Of a DNA stretch of 32,000 nt, positions 25,339 to 32,000 are shown piece after piece. The DNA is from Planctopirus limnophila DSM 3776 (GTDB lineage Bacteria; Planctomycetota; Planctomycetia; Planctomycetales; Planctomycetaceae), in assembly GCF_000092105.1 (NCBI RefSeq), contig NC_014148.1:4170001-4202000 (forward strand), written 5' to 3'. A program made the position numbers and the translations under genes. The notes below the pieces were generated by a model that saw only the letters and a program-made list of their open reading frames with translations, had not been told where the DNA came from and ran no database searches. Numbering within the stretch: position 1 is the first letter of the stretch; each line of letters starts with the position of its first letter.

Positions 25339-27207
25339 ATGCTCGGTTCGAAACCCCAGAGTGTGTCGGCTTCGATGTCCAATCTATTCCCACGACTTCT
25401 GATTCTGCTGGCGGGAATCGCTGCTTATCTCGTCGGGCTGGCGGCAGATTTCACGTTTGATGGTGTCGAATTTGTCGCGAATAATCAGGTTCTCGACAGG
25501 CTCTGGCCGCCGGAATACTTATCAAAGTACACCCGGCCATTCAGTTTTTTAACATTCGCGATCAATAAGGTTTGCTTCGGGCCGGCACCATTCAGCTTCG
25601 CACTCACGAACATCCTCATTCATATCGCCTCGGCGCAGATTTTGTATTCCTTTGTCAAGATTGTGCTCGAAAAAGCCCCTCGGATTCCTGAGTCCCTTTC
25701 GAGAGCGGCAGTACCCATCGCGCTGGTCTCCAGCCTGTTGTGGGTCGTTCATCCGCTGAACTCCCAGGGAGTGGCTTATCTCATTCAAAGGCAGGAATCC
25801 CTGGCCAGTCTGTTTTATCTTGGAACGATGGCCGCGTTTGCCTCTGCCGTACTCCATCAGCAGCGTTCCTGGTATCTCGTCGCCTGCATCAGTTGCGCGC
25901 TGGGAATGTTTTCCAAAGAGATTCTGGTGACAGCCCCCTTATGTGTTCTGTGGCTCGATCTGGCTGTGCTGTCAAAATCCTGGCGCGAAGTGACTCGCCG
26001 CTGGTATTGGCATCTGGCCCTCTGGCTGACGCTGGGTCTGCTCGCTCTGGTGATGTTATCGCATCAGGGGGAGTATGCTCAGGCAGGCATTGGAGATGTT
26101 CCGGATGTTTCGCGCTGGCAATACTTTCGATCACAACCCTGGGTCGTAGCGACATACGTGAAACTCTGGTTCTGGCCCACAGGGCAATGTGCCGACGCCC
26201 TGCTGATTCCCATCAACAATCCGGCGATCTACTGGCCTGGTCTCGTCATTGCAAGCCTCTGTCTGATCATCCTGTGGCGAATGAGCTTCCATCGCCCGGC
26301 ACTTGGTTTTCTATTGGGAGCCTGGCTGCTCGTACTACTTCCTACCAGCTCCATCGTCCCGATCCAGGATCTTTACTTCGAACACCGGATGTACCTACCC
26401 AGCATGTTCCTGGCTGTTGCCACGACTCTCATGCTGAAACGATTGACAGATCGTTGGCAATTCAAATCTCAGGCACTTCGCTGGGGTCTCGTAGGGAGCA
26501 TGATCTGCTTGCTGATTTTGATCAACAATTATCGCTGCACCGTCTATTTAAGCGACGAGGCTTTCTGGCGAGATGTGATTGCGAAGTCACCGAATAACAG
26601 CCGGGCCTATACCAATCTGGCACTTCAGATCGTGAAGCGGGCATCCAGAGAGAGTGCATCTCTCGATAAACAGAAGGTGCTGGAAGAAGCGATTGTGATG
26701 GCGCGACGATCATTTGAAATTCATCCCCTCAATGCTGTCAGCTATCAAAATCTGGCCTTTGTGTTAGGGGAAGCGAATCGTAAGGAGGAAGGAGAAAAAT
26801 ATGTGCAGATGGCCCGCATTCTGAAGACCAGAATGACTCAACAGGAACTGCTTGATTTTGGAAATTCCAATCGAGCGACCGAACCCGAGTTAGCACTCTT
26901 CTGCTACGAAAGAGCTAGGGAACTCCCTCCGGAGTCGAGCGAGGTTTACAACAACCTCGGGATTCTCACCCAGCAGGTCGAAAAGAATTTTGTGAAAGCG
27001 GAGGTCTGCTTTCAGAAGTCACTCTCCATTAACCCCAATAATCCGAATACCTACAATAGCTATGGCAATCTGCTCGTGCGGACGAAGCGCTATCAGGAAG
27101 CGGTCGCGGCTTTCGAAAAAGCACTCCGGCTGGACCCGCAACTGAAGTCAGCAGTTCAAGGCCGCGAAGTGGCGATACGCCTGCTGACACAGTCACAGAA
27201 TAAGTAG
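25339..27207 (+). CDS. Polytopic membrane protein with C-terminal TPR repeats (PMT/GT39- or TMTC-like putative glycosyltransferase)
   Basis: About 10 hydrophobic helices are followed by TPR-type repeats: AYTNLALQIV, SYQNLAFVLGEANRKEEGEKY, VYNNLGILTQQVEKNFVKAEVCFQKSLSINPNN, TYNSYGNLLVRTKRYQEAVAAFEKALRLDP. The track start (GTG at 25108) reads through the repeat pair, so I prefer the ATG at 25339 or 25375. Confidence 0.75.
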   Translation: MLGSKPQSVSASMSNLFPRLLILLAGIAAYLVGLAADFTFDGVEFVANNQVLDRLWPPEYLSKYTRPFSFLTFAINKVCFGPAPFSFALTNILIHIASAQILYSFVKIVLEKAPRIPESLSRAAVPIALVSSLLWVVHPLNSQGVAYLIQRQESLASLFYLGTMAAFASAVLHQQRSWYLVACISCALGMFSKEILVTAPLCVLWLDLAVLSKSWREVTRRWYWHLALWLTLGLLALVMLSHQGEYAQAGIGDVPDVSRWQYFRSQPWVVATYVKLWFWPTGQCADALLIPINNPAIYWPGLVIASLCLIILWRMSFHRPALGFLLGAWLLVLLPTSSIVPIQDLYFEHRMYLPSMFLAVATTLMLKRLTDRWQFKSQALRWGLVGSMICLLILINNYRCTVYLSDEAFWRDVIAKSPNNSRAYTNLALQIVKRASRESASLDKQKVLEEAIVMARRSFEIHPLNAVSYQNLAFVLGEANRKEEGEKYVQMARILKTRMTQQELLDFGNSNRATEPELALFCYERARELPPESSEVYNNLGILTQQVEKNFVKAEVCFQKSLSINPNNPNTYNSYGNLLVRTKRYQEAVAAFEKALRLDPQLKSAVQGREVAIRLLTQSQNK

Positions 27208-27221
27208 TTTTGCTTGAGCCA

Positions 27222-27257
27222 AAGCCCGTCATAATTGCGATCCATCATGACGGGCTT
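27222..27257. terminator. Stem-loop between convergent genes; candidate bidirectional terminator
   Basis: AAGCCCGTCAT (27222-27232) and ATGACGGGCTT (27247-27257) form a perfect 11-bp stem with a 14-nt loop, in the 59-nt gap between the stops at 27207 (+) and 27267 (-). Confidence 0.55.
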
Positions 27258-27266
27258 GGTCTGCAA

Positions 27267-29264
27267 CTACTGCAAGCCGCTGATTGTGACGGTCGATTTC
27301 CCCAACGCAGCTGTAGAGCTTCCAGCGGCTGCATTCTCTGCGGGTTTCGTCAGCAGCTTGGGAATCTCACAATGCTCGAAAAAGTGGTAATTGGGCTTTT
27401 CGTGCTTCTTGAGGGCCTGCTCAATCGTTTCGTCTTTGCTGAGAGACAAAAAGCCCGGAATGTTATTTCCTGAGCCTTCCCAGACATCCTTCCCATTCCA
27501 GACAAACTTCAATCGACTGATGTACGACTGCACGTTGTACTCTTTGGCATTCCAGGGAGCCTCTCCAAACGATCGATACGACATCTTCTCCGATTTGCCG
27601 GATTCCGTACTCGCCTTGAGAATAATGCTGCCTGAAGTTCCCACCACAAAGCCTCGCTGAGTGAGCTTGGCAGTGAGCTTGTCTTTGATCGCCGCTTGCT
27701 GAGCCGCATCCTGAATGCCCGAGACATCGATCGCTACCTGTGTTCCTTCCTTGAGAATGAACAGGTTCGGATCCTGCAGCGCTCTGGCCAGAAAATTCTT
27801 CGCTGCTGGATGTGGTAAGGCAATGGGAATCAGGCTGCTGGATTGAGAGGGCCCACCCACCACAAAGAGACCAGTCCGGTCATAAAAAGTCGTCATTTCT
27901 GCACCGGTATAATCCCACAGGCGCAACTGGTTTTTCACATCGACCAGCAGGTGACCACCCAGCAACAGAAAGTCATCATCCAGCCAAAGGGGAGCAGCAC
28001 CACCAGAGATCGGCCCGGTAGCAATCTCCCGAATCTCTTCACCAGTCTGAAGATCCCACACAATGATCTTGTCGAATCCAAAACAGGCCATGCGCGAATG
28101 TTCTGCCGAGATCGCCATGCGTGGCCACGGAAGATGTCTCCCCGTTGTGGGAACAGTGGCCACCACCTCGCCCGACTCTAGATCCATCACCGCACATTGC
28201 TTATCGGCGGCAATCGCCATGTACTTACCATCACGGGTCACGTCGGGCCTGCTCGAACCTTGTGCCTGCAATCGCCAGAGAGCTTTCATCTGATCCCCCT
28301 CGGTTTTCCAGCAGGTGATCTTTCCGCCTTCGTTCGCTGTCAAAACCCGGCCATCAGGCAGAATCTCGCCCCAGACGAGTTCCTCATCCCGGCCCGATTG
28401 GCCTTTGGCTGGTTCCCACGACCATTCACGCGCCAGATCTTTGCCTTTGACGATCCAGCCTTCCATCAGGCCTTTATTGCCTTTCCCGTGATGCTCCACC
28501 TGACGCACAAGAATCAATCCATCACTGCCATAAGCGACGCCGGTGTACAAATTCGGAACCTGGCCTTGAGCGGTGATTTTTCCTGTTTCCAGATTCAGCA
28601 CCACCACCCGAGTGATGGGAGATTGGCCGGGCGGAGCAATGTGGTACAGCACAACAGCCTCGGGCTTGCTGGAATGCACCAGCATGCTATTGGCCTTCTC
28701 GAAGAAGTTGGCTTTTTTCGGGAGAGCGATTCCACGCGAGGGGAGCTTACGATCCACAACGGCATCGTTCCGGGGAAGAGCCAGCTTGTCGGATTGGGGC
28801 GTGAGCAGAAGTTCGGTCACGCCGTCCACACTGGAAGTCAATTGCGCATCGCGACCCGTGTAGGTTCCATTTCCTGCAGCGGGCGCCGGCTCTGTTCCAC
28901 CGGGAGCCGTACGATCCGGCATGCTGGGTCCAGCAGGACTTCCACCGGTTGAGCTTTTGCCAGCTTTCGGGGCAAAGGGGCTGGTTTCTTTGACCTGGAA
29001 GGGATTTTCACTCGCCTTTTTGGCCAGATCCTGTGCGTGCTTCCGATCCCCGGGACTCAGCTTCGACAGATCGATCTCGATCTCTTCTCCCGAGGTCTGC
29101 AGCAGAGTGACTTTCGTGCCTTCGAGCGAAACGAACTTGGCTTCAATCTTGAACTTGCCTGTCGCATCGGTCCAGGTGCGGGATTCCTGTGCTGGCAACA
29201 AACTGCTCGACAAGACCAGCAAGAGCCCGGCTGTCCAACTCAGCCAGGCCGCAAAATTCGTCAT
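27267..29264 (-). CDS. Secreted SHD1-domain plus WD40-like beta-propeller protein
   Basis: Signal peptide from the ATG at 29264 (MTNFAAWLSWTAGLLLVLSSSLLPAQE). SHD1 motif: RTWTDATGKFKIEAKFVSLEGTKVTLLQTSGEEIEIDLSKLSPGDRKHA. WD-like repeat ends: ITCWKTEG, IIVWDLQTGEEI, LRLWDYTG. The track start (GTG at 29351) adds an implausible Cys/Arg-rich leader. Confidence 0.75.
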   Translation of the reverse strand: MTNFAAWLSWTAGLLLVLSSSLLPAQESRTWTDATGKFKIEAKFVSLEGTKVTLLQTSGEEIEIDLSKLSPGDRKHAQDLAKKASENPFQVKETSPFAPKAGKSSTGGSPAGPSMPDRTAPGGTEPAPAAGNGTYTGRDAQLTSSVDGVTELLLTPQSDKLALPRNDAVVDRKLPSRGIALPKKANFFEKANSMLVHSSKPEAVVLYHIAPPGQSPITRVVVLNLETGKITAQGQVPNLYTGVAYGSDGLILVRQVEHHGKGNKGLMEGWIVKGKDLAREWSWEPAKGQSGRDEELVWGEILPDGRVLTANEGGKITCWKTEGDQMKALWRLQAQGSSRPDVTRDGKYMAIAADKQCAVMDLESGEVVATVPTTGRHLPWPRMAISAEHSRMACFGFDKIIVWDLQTGEEIREIATGPISGGAAPLWLDDDFLLLGGHLLVDVKNQLRLWDYTGAEMTTFYDRTGLFVVGGPSQSSSLIPIALPHPAAKNFLARALQDPNLFILKEGTQVAIDVSGIQDAAQQAAIKDKLTAKLTQRGFVVGTSGSIILKASTESGKSEKMSYRSFGEAPWNAKEYNVQSYISRLKFVWNGKDVWEGSGNNIPGFLSLSKDETIEQALKKHEKPNYHFFEHCEIPKLLTKPAENAAAGSSTAALGKSTVTISGLQ

Positions 29265-29636
29265 TCGTTTGTGGCATGCAGCAACAGTTTGTTGCCTGTT
29301 ACACCGCAAGAATTCACACAGATGCAGCCTGCTGATCATGAGGCACCTCACAAGAGAAATCGTGAGAAAAGAATTTTAAGAAATGAATCGACGAGCAGAA
29401 AATATCACATTCACTTGCTCTGATGTGTACAGTATCTTCGCAAATGTGTCACAAAATTCAATCTCGAGTGTCGATTGCCCGACGAAAAACTTCTGGGCTC
29501 AATTCCCGGCGGCTGTGCTGATCCTATCGTGAGGGTTTGTCGTCGATCTGGCTGGATTCTCTGCGGCTGAACTCGCAGAGTATGGCCACCTGCCGTGGCT
29601 CAGTTGACTGCTTCGCCAATAAAATCGAGGGTTCAG

Positions 29637-30011
29637 ATGGTTTCCTCTACTTCCGAAACGTTTCTGGTGGTCTGGCAAATCGCTTCTGGTCTGCTGAACC
29701 TCGCATTACTGGCTATCTGGATTTATGGCTTTATGGTTTCATTGCGAGTCATGAAGTGGTACTCCGCTGCCGGTGGTTTCCTCGCCTTCGGAACGGGATT
29801 GTCCGGACTGACGATCTTCGTTTCGGCGCTTGTCCAGATCGCCTTTTTACTGGCTTCAGATTACAGCATGTTTTCCGGCAGTGACATGAACTACTTCATT
29901 CTCATGACTCAAGGGTTAGGTTTGCTTGTGGGAGGTGTGGGCGTCGTTTCTCTCATGACCGGGCTGACGATGCTCGCCAATCGCTGCCGGGATCTTCAAC
30001 GAGCCGATTAG
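29637..30011 (+). CDS. Small hydrophobic membrane protein (about 4 TM), function unknown
   Basis: The ATG at 29637 is preceded by GAGGG. The product is 124 aa and almost entirely hydrophobic helices (FLVVWQIASGLLNLALLAIWIYGFMV, GGFLAFGTGLSGLTIFVSALVQIAFLLA, FILMTQGLGLLVGGVGVVSLMTGLTML). I recognise no family. Confidence 0.5.
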   Translation: MVSSTSETFLVVWQIASGLLNLALLAIWIYGFMVSLRVMKWYSAAGGFLAFGTGLSGLTIFVSALVQIAFLLASDYSMFSGSDMNYFILMTQGLGLLVGGVGVVSLMTGLTMLANRCRDLQRAD

Positions 30012-30018
30012 CAACCCC

Positions 30019-30531
30019 TTACCGGCCCCGCATGCTGTCGGGCAAACGCACCCAGCTCTTGCAGCCTTCAAGTGCGGGCCAGGTGGGCAAACGGATGGGT
30101 GGTTGCACGCTGGTGATCGTCACTCGCAGATACGTTAATCCCGGCGACCGATACTCAAAGCGATTACGCAGAGTTGCTTCACTCCAGAGATGCTCACCTT
30201 GAAGTGCTGTCACTTCTTCCCAGGTTGTTAAGCGCCGGCACTCTTGCACCTGAGCTTTGGCCGGTAAGAGAATCTCCCCGGGAAATGGGCCCCAGATCCT
30301 GGCTGCGTTCAGAAATGGCCAGCTCTCTTCGGTCAGTTGACCTGCCTCCTGATGAAACTGCGTCGGCAGCAGCCAGAATTCCCGGTGTTCAGGTTGAAAC
30401 CCGGCTGGCCCTTCGTGAATCCCTCCTTTGCGGAGAATGATCGACTGCCGGCCAGCCACTAAAGCGGCACAGATCGCTGCCCATTCCTTAAAAGCGAAGG
30501 GTTCGATTTCATCCGCAGGGTTCAAAATCAC
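30019..30531 (-). CDS. DUF1802 family protein
   Basis: GTG start. FKEWAAICAALVAGRQSIILRKGGIHE...EFWLLPTQFHQ matches my memory of the DUF1802 N-terminal signature. Confidence 0.6.
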   Translation of the reverse strand: MILNPADEIEPFAFKEWAAICAALVAGRQSIILRKGGIHEGPAGFQPEHREFWLLPTQFHQEAGQLTEESWPFLNAARIWGPFPGEILLPAKAQVQECRRLTTWEEVTALQGEHLWSEATLRNRFEYRSPGLTYLRVTITSVQPPIRLPTWPALEGCKSWVRLPDSMRGR

Positions 30532-30606
30532 ATATCACCAGTGCATCGTGTCGGAGAATCGAGCGGATCATCGATTGCTGGATGATCGCCAGTAAAACCT
30601 GCTCGT

Positions 30607-30640
30607 TTTGAATCACAACCGGCCGCCACTTGAATCACAA
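30607..30640 (-). promoter_or_regulatory. Two perfect 12-bp direct repeats (TTGAATCACAAC) spaced 22 bp start-to-start; candidate transcription-factor site upstream of the DUF1802 gene
   Basis: 30607-30618 and 30629-30640 are identical. They lie 76-109 nt upstream of the GTG at 30531, in the rfbA-DUF1802 intergenic gap. Confidence 0.35.
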
Positions 30641-30667
30641 CGTGTCAACACAATGAACCGTGATCAT

Positions 30668-31585
30668 CTAACGGCGATCATCACTGATCTGCTGCAGATA
30701 GCGACCATAGGGATGATTCTTCCCGAATTCTGCAGCGAGCTTCAGCAGTTGAGCCGTATCAATCCAGCCCATGCGCCAGACGATCTCTTCCAGGCAGGCA
30801 ATCTTCAAACCTTGCCGGGCTTCGATGACACTGACAAATGTGGAAGCTTCAATCAGCGATTCATGTGTCCCGGTATCGAGCCACGCCACACCACGCCCCA
30901 GTTTCTCGACGCGCAGTAATCCATCGTGCAGATAGCTGCGATTGAGGTCAGTGATTTCTAATTCATTGCGAGGGGAAGGCTTGAGCGAACGTGCTCTTTG
31001 CGAGGCAGTGGCATCGTAGAAATAGACCCCAGTGACAGCCCAGTTGGAAGGTGGCACGGGTGGCTTTTCGATCAGCTCAATCGCCTTGCCATCAGCGTCC
31101 ATCGTCACCACGCCATAGCGCTCGGGATCACTCACATGGTAGGCGAACACTGTCGCACCGGTCGTCAGGGCACTGGCTGTCTGCAACGAATGACTTAGCT
31201 TATCGCCATAAAAAATGTTATCCCCCAGCACGAGGCAGGAAGGACGCCCGGCAATGAATTCCTCACCGATCACCAAAGCCTCTGCAATGCCACGCGGAGC
31301 CGATTGCGTGGCATAACCAATCTTCAGTCCCCACTGCGAACCATCGCCCAGCAAGCGTTCGAACAAAGCGCGATCATGAGGCGTGGTAATTATCAGAACT
31401 TCCCGAATCCCCGAAAGGAGCAGAACGCTTAACGAGTAATAAACCATCGGCTTGTCGTAGACAGGGAGCAGTTGTTTGCTGATGGCTTTTGTCGCAGGAG
31501 CCAGCCGGGTACCGGCCCCACCAGCCAACAGAAGGCCTGCGCGAGGCTGTGAAGTTGTACTGCTCACAAACTGTGTCTCTGGCAT
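30668..31585 (-). CDS. rfbA: Glucose-1-phosphate thymidylyltransferase
   Basis: LLAGGAGTRLAPATKAISKQLLPVYDKPMVYYSLSVLLLSGIREVLIITTP, LGDNIFYG, EKPPVPPSNWAVTGVYFYD and LGRGVAWLDTGTHESL are RmlA/RfbA hallmarks. Confidence 0.93.
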   Translation of the reverse strand: MPETQFVSSTTSQPRAGLLLAGGAGTRLAPATKAISKQLLPVYDKPMVYYSLSVLLLSGIREVLIITTPHDRALFERLLGDGSQWGLKIGYATQSAPRGIAEALVIGEEFIAGRPSCLVLGDNIFYGDKLSHSLQTASALTTGATVFAYHVSDPERYGVVTMDADGKAIELIEKPPVPPSNWAVTGVYFYDATASQRARSLKPSPRNELEITDLNRSYLHDGLLRVEKLGRGVAWLDTGTHESLIEASTFVSVIEARQGLKIACLEEIVWRMGWIDTAQLLKLAAEFGKNHPYGRYLQQISDDRR

Positions 31586-31833
31586 GTTGGGGATCGCTTG
31601 ACTCAGGAAAGCCCGATCAACAGGGCTGCGAAAAGGAAAAAACGCTAATCTGGAACTGTCAAAATCGAACGATAATGCTTTTTGAGATCGTCAACTTCAC
31701 AGAATCCACATGATGGTCAGTTGGTAGACGACCGCAGGAGTCTTATAGTCATTTGCTGTGAATTTGGGAATTCCTGTCCGTCGCCGGCACGCGGTTGTTC
31801 CGGGAATGGATCCATCGTCAGAGGGATATTCGA

Positions 31834-32000
31834 GTGTTTGCTGGCCCCCTGGTATCTCGCGAAGCATTGACGGCACCACGCCAACTCAAACATTTTCTGA
31901 TTCGCTCGGGCTATGTGGGTGGTCTGTTTGTGCTGCTCTACACCGCAGTCCAGGCCACATTTGGCCTGCAGCAGGTGAGTCGTCTGGGAGAACTGGCACG
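31834..32000 (+). CDS. N-terminal fragment of a membrane protein (possibly an ABC-2-type permease); runs off the right edge
   Basis: My own translation from the GTG at 31834 (AGAGGGA lies 7 nt upstream) gives MFAGPLVSREALTAPRQLKHFLIRSGYVGGLFVLLYTAVQATFGLQQVSRLGELA..., open to the window end. It is not in the ORF track because it has no stop. The family assignment is a weak recollection. Confidence 0.4.
   Translation, partial: MFAGPLVSREALTAPRQLKHFLIRSGYVGGLFVLLYTAVQATFGLQQVSRLGELA

Noticed and set aside
1-32000. Search for tRNA, rRNA, transposase, integrase, toxin-antitoxin pairs and reverse transcriptase
   Set aside because: I saw no cloverleaf-like sequences in the intergenic gaps and no ORF with DDE, tyrosine- or serine-recombinase, or RT motifs. 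This absence is judged by eye only. tRNAscan-SE, Infernal and ISfinder searches would be decisive.

Overview
Gene-dense chromosomal segment, mid-50s % GC by eye. It looks planctomycetal (Planctomycetaceae-like). It carries the phylum-typical PSCyt/DUF1549 and DUF1592-family/DUF1501 gene sets, an SHD1+WD40 protein, and housekeeping genes (lnt, ilvD, rfbA/rmlA). I call 20 CDS, two of them truncated by the window edges. One of these (1..813, minus strand) is absent from the supplied ORF track. I found no rRNA, tRNA, CRISPR array, transposase or integrase.

All product calls come from motif recognition by eye, since no searches were possible.

Most worth a second look:
1. A stand-alone 363-aa protein (13175..14266) that reads as a PUA/EVE-like N-terminal domain fused to a restriction-endonuclease-like C-terminal domain. 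It is a candidate modification-dependent restriction enzyme.
2. A single-gene low-GC islet (about 7768..8673) encoding a membrane-anchored NERD-domain protein, wedged between core genes.
3. A 92-nt completely cytosine-free G/T tract (14857..14948) immediately 3' of the DUF1501 gene. It could be a Rho rut site or a G-quadruplex.
4. Three families of structured intergenic repeats: an ~89-bp hairpin unit in three copies, a 38-nt hairpin element shared between two loci 22 kb apart, and a REP/BIME-like inverted pair.
5. A divergent UvrA paralogue.
6. A 981-aa membrane/spermidine-synthase-like fusion with four internal ~40-aa repeats.
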